In this document: piece after piece, positions 1 through 12,074 of the stretch | Layout of the letters: every line of letters begins with the position of its first letter | How positions within the stretch are numbered: position 1 is the stretch's first letter | Origin: Malacoraja senta | Lineage: Eukaryota | Assembly: GCA_038087875.1 (NCBI GenBank) | Contig: CM075978.1 | Location: 179,862,001 to 179,926,000, forward strand | Reading direction: 5' to 3' | DNA length: 64,000 bases | Notes under the pieces: model-generated | Database searches by the model: none | What the model was told of the DNA's origin: nothing | Seen by the model: the letters and a program-made list of their open reading frames with translations, nothing else | Translations under genes and position numbers: made by a program

Positions 1-569
1 GGGTAGGAGGCGAGGGGAGAGAAGAGGGAGGGTGAAGACGAGGGGGGTGTAGTGTATGAGCCATGCCTGTGCAGTTGGGCCAAATGGGTGAGTGGTGGAA
101 TATTGCATTGGGGAACAGATTACGTTGGGGGAACGGGTGAGTGGTGGTAATGTGTTTGCATTGGGGAAACAGATGAGTGGTGGAATAGTGCAATTTCGTT
201 CAAACCATTCTGTTTGAATGACAACAAAAGGCATTCTATTCTATTCTATTCTATATTGCGTGTGGGAGCGGGGCCCAACGGGTCAGGTTGGTAAGGAGGG
301 CAGAGGGGTTATGGAGGGTGGGAGGGAGTGACTGAGGGTCGGGCAAGGAGAAGGAGGGAGAGGTGAGGGAGGGAGTCATGGAGGGGAGGAGGAGGAGAGG
401 GGAGAGAAGAGGGAGGGTGAAGAGGAGGGGTGGGAGTGTTAGGGATGAGGGGAAATGAGCCGCGCCCAGGGGCGGAAACCACTATCAAAACGTGGGGGGG
501 ACACATTTCTTTGCTGGCCCCGCGCATGCGCAAGCACGCACGCACGCGAACGCATGCGCGCGCACGCAC

Positions 570-615
<46 letters not shown>
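1..615. repeat. GA-rich low-complexity tract, (ATTCT)n and (CA)n microsatellites (copy at 40319-40930)
   Basis: Directly visible. The (CA)n is 4 nt shorter in copy 2. Confidence 0.9.
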
Positions 616-639
616 GAGGCTTTGGAGGCTTCAGCCGTG

Positions 640-890
640 GGCCCTGTGAACTGTAACATCGGAGCTGACCTGTTTAAGAAAGAACTGCAGATGCTGGAAT
701 AATCGAAGGTTGACAAAAATGCAGGTGAGACGGCATCTATGTAGAGAAGGAATAGTTGACATTTCGGCTCGAAATCCTTCTACAGACCAGATCTGAGGAA
801 GGGTCTCGACCCAAAACGTAACCCATTCTTTCGCTCCATAGATGCAGCCTCACCCGCTGAGTTTCTCCAGCATTTTTGTCTACCTTCGGG
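640..890. mobile_element. Palindromic cassette made of Penelope-like element termini (copy at ~40955-41205)
   Basis: Arms gaactgcagatgctgg/gacaaaaatgc ... gcatttttgtc are inverted. A degenerate CTGAGGAAGGGTCTCGACCCAAAACGT core sits in the middle. The same terminal sequence follows the GIY-YIG fragment at 36330-36800. Confidence 0.6.
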
Positions 891-1249
891 AGCTGACCTG
901 GTTGGTGACCGAATCTGAACTCCAGCAACAGCAGCTTCATCCGCCCCGAATCGTGGGGCTTGAATCAACCCGTTTGCGGGGCCTTTTGTCGCCCGGCGCG
1001 ACTTTAAATCGGCCGGCGGAGGCTTCAACATCAGGAGCCTCGATGGCCTCGATGCAGCAGATTGATTTTAAGCCACGCTGGGCGATGAAAGGCCCTGCGA
1101 ACGGGCCGATTCAGCCATTAGAAAGCGTCTGATACCCACTTGAATCTTTCAAAAGCTACGTTGTGATAAATAACACAAACAAATAAAACTGAAGCTAATA
1201 AAGGTAAACAGAAGAACCAACCTTGGAGGGGGGAGAGAGAGAGAGAGAT

Positions 1250-1783
1250 GGTAAAAACATACTAAAAACGTGAGTGACCTGAATGAGGGACCTGCCTGCA
1301 AGCCAGCCAGGAAACCCATTCGACCGGAGCCTAATGACCTGACCCTTTTAAATCCGATGCTCGTTTAAATCTTTCCCATCAACGAATACATCCAATTAAT
1401 TCAAATGGTAATTGTACCCGCATCAGGCAGCTTTAAGAAATTCTCCATGAATACCTTCAGTAATACTTGTAGGTCAAAACACAATTGGTGACACATCGTG
1501 TTAATACGATGTTAATGGAGGCATTTAACAAGCGCTTAACAGTGACACCCCTGACTGTTTCGCGGAAAGCAGAGATTTTAATAGATTTTTTTCACCAAAT
1601 TTCGAAATCCAGATTACAAAACATGGGGGGGATTGTCTCCCACCTCTCAAAACATGGAGGGGGCGTGTCCCCTGTCCTCCTGGGATTTCCGCCCGTGCCC
1701 ACGCCTGCACGGTTGGGGGAATGGGTGAGTGGTGGATTATTACATTGGGGGAACGGGGCCCAACGCATCCCACTTGGTCCAGT
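1250..1783 (+). mobile_element. 3' part of a non-autonomous Helitron/HINE-like element (copy at ~41565-42097; likely begins near 39700)
   Basis: Ends in a GC-rich hairpin-like ggggcccaacgcatccc, then acttggtCCAG|T, resembling the hairpin + CTRR Helitron end. A (GTCY)n microsatellite is present at 39710-39775. Confidence 0.4.
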
Positions 1784-1785
1784 AT

Positions 1786-1934
1786 NNNNNNNNNNNNNNN
1801 NNNNNNNNNNNNNNNNNNNNNNNNNNNNNNNNNNNNNNNNNNNNNNNNNNNNNNNNNNNNNNNNNNNNNNNNNNNNNNNNNNNNNNNNNNNNNNNNNNNN
1901 NNNNNNNNNNNNNNNNNNNNNNNNNNNNNNNNNN
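1786..1934. other. N-run of 149 nt; homologous N-run of 153 nt at 42100-42252
   Basis: Flanks are identical in both copies but lengths differ. Confidence 0.95.
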
Positions 1935-2230
1935 ACTTCCAGTCTCTGTTGTAATTAAATTTGCGCAAAAAACCTACATTGCTGGATTTTTGCCACCTTA
2001 CTCACTGTTCTCCTCTGCTCCAAGCCACCAAGTTTTGTTCCGGTCGGTGAAAAATGAGAAAAGCTATGAAGGTTTTAAAAATCGTGAGATCAGCAGATTG
2101 GTCTTCTCGCCTGTCAGTCACAATGAAGATAACGCCCCTTCCAGCACCCGCTGGATAATAAAGCCGGGACTTTATAATAATAGAGGCGGGGCTGAGTAAA
2201 CAAGCCGTGCTGATTGAGACCGCAAGAGTG

Positions 2231-2490
2231 GAGTCGGAAAAAGGCGCTGTGTGGGGTCGAGTAAGCCGCTGTGTGGAGTCGGGAAAGCCGCTGTGCGGAG
2301 TCGGGGAAGCCGCTGTGCAGAGTCGGGAAAGCCGCTGTGTGGAGCCGGGAAAGCTGCTGTGTGGAGCCGGGAAAGCCGCTGTGCGGGGTCGGGAAAGCCG
2401 CTGTGTGGAGTCGGGAAAGCCGCTGTGTGGAGTCGGGAAAGCCGATGTGTGGAGTCGGGTAAGCTGCAGTGTAGAGTCGGGAGGTGCTGT
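2231..2490. repeat. Minisatellite, 22-bp unit GAGTCGGGAAAGCCGCTGTGTG, ~12 copies (copy at 42549-42808)
   Basis: Head-to-tail units with point variants and no spacers. Confidence 0.95.
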
Positions 2491-2647
2491 GTCGGGAGCA
2501 CCCCCTCCCCCACACCCCCTTCCCCCACACCCCCCTTCCCCACACAAACCCCTTCCCACACACACACACACCCCTACCCTACTCCCCACACCCTCCCCCA
2601 AACCCCCCTCCCACACACACACCCTCCCCCACTCCCCCACACCCAAG

Positions 2648-2778
2648 TCTGGGGATATGGTGAGAAGGCAGGAACGGGGTACTGATTGGGGATGATCAGC
2701 CATGATCACATTGAATGGCAGTGCTGGCTCGAAGGGCCGAATGGCCTACTCCTGCACCTATTATCTATTGTCTATTGT
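2648..2778 (+). mobile_element. CR1 LINE 3' end fragment with CTATTGT tail (copy at 42966-43096)
   Basis: ggggatgatcagccatgatcacattgaatggc...gaagggccgaatggcctactcctgcacctatt, followed by ctattgt repeats. Confidence 0.85.
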
Positions 2779-3529
2779 ATCACAAAACCCCGCCAAAATG
2801 GTACACGACAGTGCTACAATGTTTGGCACACCTTACTCAACATTGTCCTGGGATGTAAATGAAACAAGTTTTGTTTGGATTGATGTTATATGTTACAAGT
2901 TATTGACATTTTAATCTTTACAAAAATCACTTTTCAAACCACTTTTCCACTGGCCCAGCCGGTCAGCCGCGTTCGACGTCACAATGACGTCACTATGTGA
3001 TCCGGAATCTGATTTACATTTAAAAATCGCGATTTTCAAAAGAACTCAATCAAATTCTTCCGTTTTCATTAACAGCTAACATTATGTTTAGATTATTTTA
3101 AAGAAAAAAAAACGCGATTTTCATTGAGAATTTAATTTGAAAAAACATCGCGAATTTCATTGTGGTGGGGTAGGGGTGGTGAGGAGTGGGGGAGCAGGGG
3201 ATAGAGGGAGAGGAGGGGGCTAGGAAGGGGAGAGGGGATATGGAGGGAGGGAGAGAGTGGCTGTGGGTAGGGGAAAGGAGTGGGAGGGAGAGGTGAGGGA
3301 GGGAGTGCTGGGGCAAGAGGGGGAATAGAGGAGGATAGGGGTAGGACGAGGGATGGCGAGGCGCAGTTGTGGGAGGGTTGCCATGAATCGCGTCACAACG
3401 GGGATCTCTAGCGTCACAACGGGAACCCCTCAGCCGCGCCTGCGCAGTTGGGGGATATGGGTCAGTGGCGGAATATCGCCTTGGGGGACGGGCCTGGTCT
3501 TGTCTCCTATAAACGTTGCCCCTGTCGAC

Positions 3530-3970
3530 TTAATACTATGTCCCTATTCTTTGATAGTGCTATCCTGGCAAAAAGATTCTGACTGGCTACACTATCTATG
3601 TCTCTCATGATTTTGTATACTTCTATCAGGTCTCCCTTCAATCTTCCACATGTTTGTTCAATCTCCCCTTGCAGCAAATGCCCCTTAATCTAGGCAAAAT
3701 TTGTGTAAACTTCTTCACATCCTTCCTGTAATGAGACGGCAATAACTGCACGTAATATTACAAATGCTTTCTAGCTAAAGCGCTAGGGAGCCGGATCATG
3801 ACTCCCCGACTAATGTTCAATGCCGCGACCAATGAAGGCAAACATGCCAGCCGAACACGCCTTCTTTATCACTCTTTCTGCTGGTGTTGTCACTTTCAGG
3901 AAGCTATTGATCAGGACCCCAAAATTCATCTGTATTATTGTAAAGGGCCTTGCCATTAACTGTATACTTT
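3530..3970 (-). mobile_element. Old degenerate CR1 RT 3' fragment (copy at ~43850-44290)
   Basis: Resembles the reverse complement of the younger CR1 RT 3' region in this window. Confidence 0.5.
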
Positions 3971-4948
3971 CCCTTTACATTTAACCCTGAAATATATCGA
4001 TTTAAAATTGCATCTGGCGATTGTTAATTGAGATATCGAATTTAGCTATCAATTTTATAAACAATGGTGGGAACAAATTCTCCAGTTTTCCAATAATGTA
4101 ACACTCTCCCTTCCCCGTATTTCTTTCGTGTGCCACTCCCCCCATCCCAGTACGCACACATTTCTTCCGCTGTTCCGCCCTTCTCTCCCCTACCCCCCCG
4201 CCCCACTGTCTTCCAACTATATCCCTCCACCTGGCTTTACATTTCATTCCTGTTCTATCTTTAACTGTCAGCCTTTTATCTGCATTTTATTTCCAGCCAT
4301 TCCCCACCACCAGCTTCTAATACAACCCCCTTCATCTGTGTCCGCTTAGGTCTTTTCCAGCTTTCTCCCTCTACTACAACGCATTTAAAGAAGTGTCCCA
4401 ACCCAAACCTATCTATTTTTCCGTAGATGCCGGCTGGCCTGTTGAGTTACTCTAGCATTTGTGTTGTTCTCAAGACCCGTTTATGCAGTTCCTTATATTT
4501 GCGTTGTTTTTGTTTGCATGTGTGGGGCTTGACAAAAATCCTAGTTCTACCACGGCGTGCCGACTTCCATATTGATTCACCAGCATTCTCATTTGAACAA
4601 GCGCACCGTTGAGCAAATGGAATTCGGTGATTGTCACTATTTTTTGCCATTCACTGCTTTGCACTGAAAAACGCGGACCAACTGTGACTTTCCCTGAGGA
4701 AAGACCATAAGGGAAGTTGCGTATACCGTCCTGCATTAGGTTCAGCAAAGCAACTATTTCATTTTCCACAGCTGCTAATTATTCGAAGCTCGATTAAGAA
4801 TCTCCCTGTTCACTCCGGTGAAGAATAATTTCCTCAGAATAGTTTCCCAAGCAGACATCGTTTCTATACTCAGAAATAATTAACTAGCACAAGTTTCACC
4901 AATACACACACACACACGGGAATTAATCTGCTCCTATTATTTCTGCAG

Positions 4949-5054
4949 TTAATGCTTTCGCCTTCCACATTAGACATGCTCTGGCCTCTCTGGTGCTCCT
5001 GATCCTGATTGGTGTCGTTATTGGGACGCACTGTCAGTTGCCGTTTTATAAAAG
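4949..5054 (+). CDS. Transmembrane exon of IgSF receptor paralogue B (upstream copy): (V)NAFAFHIRHALASLVLLILIGVVIGTHCQLPFYK(R)
   Basis: Acceptor tatttctgcAG and donor GTACGT. The 106-nt exon is phase 1 to phase 2, open, and encodes a ~19-aa hydrophobic stretch preceded by Arg. Confidence 0.8.
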
Positions 5055-6090
5055 GTACGTTATATATGAAAACAATATGTTCGTACAATATTTCATGGAA
5101 TTAGGAAAGATATATGCGAGAGTTTATGTATTGCGCAGAGGATCATAAATATAATTATAATTTAAACCTGAAGGACGTGGATTGTGACTGTCAATTCTTT
5201 GAAATGCCAATATATTCTTGGCAACTTAGCATGAAGAAGTAAGAAGATCTGGATGCAAGTAAATTAATAATTAGCATCCGTGAATGCTCAAGTTGTTTAT
5301 TCTGGTTAAATCCAATGAGCTGGCAAGGAATCCAAGAGCCGGTAAGACCACGCTCCCTCTCATGCAACTTTTTTCTTCAAACATTCTTCGCCGGTAATAT
5401 TCAATATTGAAGAGTGTTGAAGCGCAGATATTTTATCAAACGCAAAAAGTAAAGTTTCATGTTTATCTAAAGTCTGCATCCAGACTGATGAAACATGCAA
5501 GTCATGCAAGATGCATATTTTCCAGGAGAAGGTGCTAATATCCGTCGTCTTTTCACTCTCAATTTTAAATTATTTCCCGCAGAATAGGCGAATGTAGTGT
5601 AAAATTACCTGCAAAATCCTTATCATTTGTGTCTATGTTCCGCAATTGCAATTAAACCTAAAATGCAGAGATAACAAACCGGCATTAATAAAATAAAACT
5701 TGAAAGAAATTCAGTGGTTCAGCCAGACCCAGATTCCCCCTCTCCCTCCCCTCTCTCTTGCTCCCTCTCAATCCGGGTTTTCAACCAGCAATGTAAACTG
5801 ATGACTTCAGTCTCTACAAATTTTACTTCATGCGATGAGTCCATTCACTCTTTTTTAAAACTTAAAATGCTTACGGTATTCAATCCCTTTGGAGTAAATG
5901 GGATAAAAGTAAACTTCTGTCTTTACTGAAATTGTACCCATTTATAAATGTGATGTTATTTCTAATTGTTGAATATATTTTATCCGCCTAAAAAAGTATC
6001 CTTAAATTATCTTCTATAGAACAAATGTTTGCATAATTAAATTGTACCTATAGTTAGCAAGGTTTTCTCCACCCTCTCTTGTTTGTGCAG

Positions 6091-6166
6091 GGTCTATGTA
6101 AGAAAAAGCCATAAAGTAGAGAGTGTTGGAAACCTCAAGCAGGATCAACGAAGCGACACCCAATGA
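6091..6166 (+). CDS. Cytoplasmic-tail (last coding) exon, paralogue B upstream copy: (R)VYVRKSHKVESVGNLKQDQRSDTQ*
   Basis: Acceptor ctctcttgtttgtgcAG. The phase matches the TM exon and the frame stays open to TGA at 6164-6166. Confidence 0.75.
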
Positions 6167-6414
6167 ACCTGGCCACCGTTGAAGCACCAGCCTTCCAGCG
6201 AATACTGTATGGCTACCCAAGATGATTGTAATTGCAAGATGTGCCTACACAGTAGCCTACAAAACTTAAACATTAATAATTTTGAAATTCATCCCACAGG
6301 CGAATTAGATATGGGCACTGAAATTCTGGGAAAAATAATATGTTCAGTATCGGTCGACGTACTCACGGCTACATTATTGACTGTGAGTTACTTGTGGGAT
6401 TAATGATTAAATAT

Positions 6415-9400
6415 ATATATATATATTACATTTATTTATTAGAAACAAATGTACAAAAGTAGAACAAACGGCATATAAAATTATACAGTTATTGTACAGC
6501 TTCAATTTTGACTTTTTAGCTTTGAATTAGAAGAAAAGAAAAGAGAAAAAGCAAGAAAGAGAAAAAGTGAGACTGAAAAGATAGGACCCCTAGACTACCA
6601 AAGTAGTGTGGCCAAAGAGTGGGTAAAAAAAAGAAAGAAAAGAGGAATAGAAAAAAAAGCACATAAAGAAAAAGAGAAAGAAAAGTCGTGGTATACCTGC
6701 CTCTCGTCCCTCACCACCCACCTCACCCAGCCCATAGTTAGATTTAAATCCAAAGTTGTGTTGCGCCATACTATCCTTGTAAGAAATCGATGAAGGGTGT
6801 CCATGTCTTGGAAAAATGATCTGTTTTTTCTGCCAAGACAAGTCTAATATTTTCAAGATGTAGTGTCTCGGACATGTTTATAATCCACATCCACAAGATC
6901 CATAATCCACAAGAGTAGGGACTGATGTATGTTTCCAAAATTTAATATTAATTTTTTCGTGGTTATCAGGCCATAATTAAGGAAACATCTTTGAAATAGT
7001 GATAGTTCAGAACAGGCTTCTGAAGTACCTAGAGTGATCAGTTCCGTGTCGGGATCCAATTTTATTTTTAATGTTTTAGAAAAAATTTCAAACATTCCTC
7101 TCCAGAAATTATGTAACTTTATACAAGAGGTAAAGGAATGGGTTATAGTTGCTTCCTGAAGGAGACATTTATCACAAATAGGAGAAACATTTGGAAAGAT
7201 ATTCAGTTTAGACTTTGAATAATAGAGTCTGTGCGGTATTTTAAATTGAATTAACGAATGCCTAACGTTAAGAGAACAGTTATGTATGTATAGAAGGCTT
7301 TCCTCCCATCTGTCTTTAAAAAATTTTAGGCCAAGTTCATCTTCGCAAGCTCTTCTAATTACTTCTGACAATGGGGTTTGTATATTTAAAAGGGTATTAC
7401 ACAGATATGATATTAACTTGTTTGAATCCGAATTTTTATTCATACATTCGTCTAATGTGTCTGGCAACATAAATTGAAAGTCTTGGATATATGATTTCAG
7501 ATAGTCTCGTATTGGAAGGTATCTAAAGTATTGGCTACCTTTCAGATGATATTTCGACTGTAATTCTTGAAATGAGAGAAGAGTTCCCATCTCATAAAGA
7601 TCTCCCAGTTTTTTAATTCCTAATCTTTCCCAATGTGTGAACGTTTTGTCTAAAATAGACGGCTTGAACGCAGGATTGTTGGCAATTGGTGAAAGAAGAG
7701 ATACATTTCTCAGTTTAAGGTTTGACCACTTGTTTCCAGATTCGTATGGTGCTGTGGATAATCGAATTTTTCTCATATAGTGTTTTCTTCAAATTTATTG
7801 GAGAGAGAAGAATCGTGCCTATATTAAAAGGCGCACAATCCTCTCTCTCCATTATTAACCATTTTACCTGTTGGCATGTGTTGTCCATCCAATAGATTAC
7901 ATTTTTAATATTCGTTGCCCAAAAATTGGGGAGAGCCAATCTGCCAATTTCTTTGGGTTTACATAGATGTCGTTTATGGATTCTGTGTGTTTTATAACCC
8001 CAAATAAAGTTTGTGATCAGAGAGTCAAAAAAAAAATTTAGGGAGATAAATCGGTATTGATTGAAATAAGTACAGGATTTGTGGAAGGAAGATCATCTTT
8101 ATGGCATTTATTCTGCCTATGAGAGACATCGGAAGCGTTTTCCAAAATTGAGTAAGGGCATTTAGTTTGGTAATTAATGGAGGAAAGTTTGCTTGAAATA
8201 GAGAAATGTATTTTCTAGTTACGTAACCTCCAAGGTATTTAAATTTTTCCGTAGCAATTCTAAAAGGGAATTTTAGAAGGTGTGCCGGATCTTGAGGTTT
8301 TATTGACATGATTTCACTTTTGTTCCAATTTATTCTATATCCTGAAAAGGAACCGAATTCCTCTATAAGATTTAGTATACTTGGAATGCTAACCTGGGAA
8401 TTGGTGAGATAAAGTAATACATCATCTGCATATAATGATATTTTATTATTAGAATATTTAGTATTATAGCCGTAAATATTCGGGTGTACTCTTATACTTT
8501 CTGCTAAAGGTTCAATCGCAAGGGCAAATAACAGGGGTGATAATGCACATCGTTGTCTATTGCCCCTGGATAGCTGAAATTTAGGTGAGAGTATATGATT
8601 AGTCAGTATTCTGGCATACGGTTTGTCATATAGCAATTTTATCCATGAAATAAAATTTTCTCCCAACTGGAATTTTTGCAATACTATAAAAAGATATTTC
8701 CATTCTACTTGGTCCAATGCTTTTTCTGCATCTAATGAAATAATTGAGAAGTCTTCCTGTATCGTTCTGTGTGAGTACATTATATTAAACAGGCGTCTCT
8801 AATTATTAAACGAGTGTCTCTTGGGTATAAACCCAGTTTAATCAGAATGTATTAATTTATTAACGTATTTACTTAATCTTCTTGCCAGGGTTTTAGCTAA
8901 TATTTTCTGATCTGTATTTAACAGGGCAATTGCTCTGTATGATCCCTGGTCTTCCAGATCTTTATCTTTTTTGGGTATCAGTGTAATAGTTGATTCGGCT
9001 AAGGTTTGTGGTAGCGTCTGTTCTTTAAATACGTGTATATAAAGGTTATGTTAACGCGGGGAGATTACATCATAATTTTTTTAATAAAATTAATTACTAA
9101 ACCCGTCTGGGCCTGGTGTTTTGCCATTCTTCAATGAATTGATAGTCTCTTTGATTTCTTTAATTGTAATCTGTGCTCCTAATTCATCACGTTCCGCCAC
9201 GTTAAGTAAGGAAAGATTACAGTTATCAAGGAACTTTGTAATTTTTCTCATTTCTGTTGATGTTTTGGATGTATATAAATTTTGATAGAATTGGGCAAAT
9301 CTTTCGTTAATATCTTTTGGAAGTGTGAACTGTTCACCTTTTTCTGATCTGATTTTTTGAATAGTATGATCCTTTCCACTTTTCTCAACTGACGTGTAGA

Positions 9401-10030
9401 AGTTTATGCGGTTTGTCGCCAAATTCAAAGTTCTCCTGTTTAGTAATTTGAAATAGCCTGATAACTCTTGCAGAGAGAATTCGATTTAGTTTGAATTTTA
9501 ATACTGCCAAATTATTATGTTTATCCATAGACGGATCTGTCGCATTTTCGGAATCCAGCTGTCTGATCTATTCTTCTAATTGCAATTGTTCCATCCTGTT
9601 CTTTTTGTTTTGATATGCTTGATATGAAATGATAGAGCCTCTAATAAAGGCCGTAAAAGATTCCCATAATAACGAAGCCGAAATACCTGGAGTATCATTG
9701 GTCTCAAAAAAGAATTCCATCTGTTGTTTTAAATATTCACAGCAAACTGCGTTAGTTAGTATCTGGGGATTAAACCTCCAGAACGATTTGTTATTGTACA
9801 TTCCTTCTAGTTTTAAGGAGAAGGTTAGCAGGGATGATTGGAAATAATACTATTATGATATTTGGGATTAGTTGTAAAAGGTATTCATTTTGTGTCCACC
9901 GGAAAATAGTCAATACGTGTATAAGTTTTATGTACGGATGAATAAAAGGAATATTCTCTTCCGGATGGATTTGCAATCTTCCATGCGTCTGTTATATTTG
10001 TATTTTTTATATACGTATTTAGGAGTTCGT
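6415..10030 (-). mobile_element. 5'-truncated, decayed L1-clade LINE (ORF2 post-endonuclease, RT, C-terminal CCHC); copy at 46733-50355
   Basis: ORF pieces contain WRFNPQIL..LWESFTAFIRG, KTPGPDGF, SLDAEKALD, LYADD and CDKC..EATITHSFTSC. An 11-bp TSD TGATTAAATAT lies at 6404-6414 and 10031-10041. The empty site is in the paralogous region at 28291-28301. Confidence 0.95.
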
Positions 10031-11537
10031 TGATTAAATATTTGATGCCTTGCTTTACTACTATGAAAATTAATACATATTTTGAAATATGTGTTGTGTT
10101 GTGATAAAGTAACTTTCCAAACGCTTTGAATTACGTTATTATTGTCAGTCACATAACTAAAATATACGTTTTATGGTTACTTCTGATCGCTCGGTCATTT
10201 TCAATGTATTTGTTATTTCCGAAAGAAAAAACTGCGAGGCGAGGGATTTAGGCCCTATATCATTCTGTCCCGTCTCGTCTCATTCTGACCTAAATACAGA
10301 CAGTTTTCAGCATACCAAAGTCTATAGACACTTTATTTTTCACAACAACCACCACACGTTTTGTCGAGAGTTTGAGATGTGATCAATTTCCATTGAAATC
10401 TATTCTGGAAGAATATTTTTTTTAAGCATTTATACTACGACCATTGTACTACGGAGGTATTTTAGAAGACGGTGGAGCGTATATAATTCCGAGGCAATAA
10501 ACAATAGTTTAATTATTAGAAATTACATTAAAAAGAACCAAATGCATGGTAGTGCAGGAGGTGGTCCGTAGTGTTCTGCTGTCAAGGTAGGATCATGGGT
10601 TTCCAAGCACTTTGAGGAACCTAATCGTTGTAGGAGAATAGCGAATTGAATCTGGCATTGTGCGCTTCAGTACCCCCTGCCTGATAGTTGCAGTGAAACG
10701 CGGGAATGGCGCGGTTAATAGAGGTTCAGATCCAGAGCACTATATTCATATGATTTGTTAACATGTACAGTATGTAACGAAATGTCTTCTGATCACCGGT
10801 GTGTATATATTACCAATCGCGTTGAGGCCTCTTATTCTCCACGTCACAAGGCGTTGAGCTCCTTATCTACTCTGTTCAGTCGCTTTATATGCATTTAGAC
10901 TCAACATTGATGAAGTAATTTGCAACAATCAAAATCACCTTTTTTTTGCAATGTGTTAATAAGACCATTGGTCTGTCATTTTCTTCATAAGCATTGAGAC
11001 CATTTCCCCCATTAATCTTTGATTCCACCTCCAGCTGAATGCAAGTTGATGTCAGGTTTATATTTTCGCTACTGTAACATTTTATTCGTCAAATGAAATG
11101 ATGGCCAGTGGAGCAAGATGGCAATGGTTTTTATCATTGCATTAGACAGTGAGCAGAATATTGTAAATGACTCTTCACAGCAGTGCCGTTGATATTCGTC
11201 CACATCATCAAATGTCCCGGCGGCAATTAGCCATATAGGATGCGTCCAATCTTTGCAAACATGACGAACCTGGGTAATATAGTTAATTAACGAGAAAACC
11301 GCTGCCACCATAATTTGATCCAGGTTCATGAAATTCCTGCATATCCCATTTCCGCCCAACCAGCATGCAAAGAACAAATTAATACATTTACCTGGAATAA
11401 AAACACCATTGACAGTATTAAAAAATAAACCTGCCGGTACTTCTAAAAGGCTTTTCCATGAAATTCGCCAGAATGTCTTGCTACAGTTTGACTCCAGCTC
11501 CACCATTTTCAACACAGTAAAGAGATGGAGAAGTAGA

Positions 11538-11883
11538 CAATAGACAATAGACAATAGACAATAGGTGCATGAGTAGGCCATTCGGCCCTTCGAGCCAGCA
11601 CCGCCATTCAATGTGATCATGGCTAATCATCCCCAATCAGCACCCCGTTCCTACCTTCTCCCCATTTCCCCTGACTCCGCTATTTTTATGCGCCCTACCT
11701 AGCTCTCTCTTGAAAGCATCCAGAGAACCTGCCTCCACTACCCAATGAGGCAGAGAATTCCACAGACTCACCACTCTCTGTGAGAAAAAGTTCCTCGTCT
11801 CCGTTCTAAATGGCTTACTCCTTATTCTGAAACTGTGGCCCCTGGTTCTGGTCTCCCGCAACATCGGGAACATGTTTCCTGAC
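11538..11883 (-). mobile_element. CR1 3' fragment (~350 bp) with (ACAATAG)n tail; copy at 51863-52208
   Basis: RTRGHSFRIRSKPFRTETRNFFSQRVVSLWNSLP. AGTAGA flanks both ends, and the empty site is at 29786-29791. Confidence 0.9.
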
Positions 11884-12074
11884 AGTAGATCATTTGGCAT
11901 GTTTTGCTGCTCTGTCATCCAGCATAATCCCGAATAATCACCGCCACTTTCCTGCATTATTCTTATTTAATTCGAATACATTAATGTATAACGTATTGTT
12001 CCTGTCTGGAATACACGTGGACACGTGTACACTAAGATTTCAAAGTCCACATGAACAGAGAATTCCCAATATTA

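Larger units (their letters stand above)
1935..3500. mobile_element. Composite non-autonomous repeat (Helitron/HINE-like) containing a 22-bp minisatellite and a CR1 3' fragment (copy at 42253-43820)
   Basis: 2780-2940 is homologous to 39790-39920 (ccaaaa[tc]ggtacacg...ccttactca...gattgatgttat...ttattgacatttt). Confidence 0.4.

Noticed and set aside
2231-2490. CRISPR-like array
   Set aside because: The units are contiguous with no unique spacers, and the context is eukaryotic.
309-2709. Long ORFs rich in Pro/His/Cys-Val
   Set aside because: They are translations of microsatellites, GA-rich tracts, a minisatellite or N-runs.
11069-11620. 183-aa minus-strand ORF (and paralogous 29346-29859) as a host gene or mariner remnant
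   Set aside because: It starts inside a CR1 tail, the frame is not conserved in the paralogue, and the KFLH/TVKRW similarity to mariner is too short to support.
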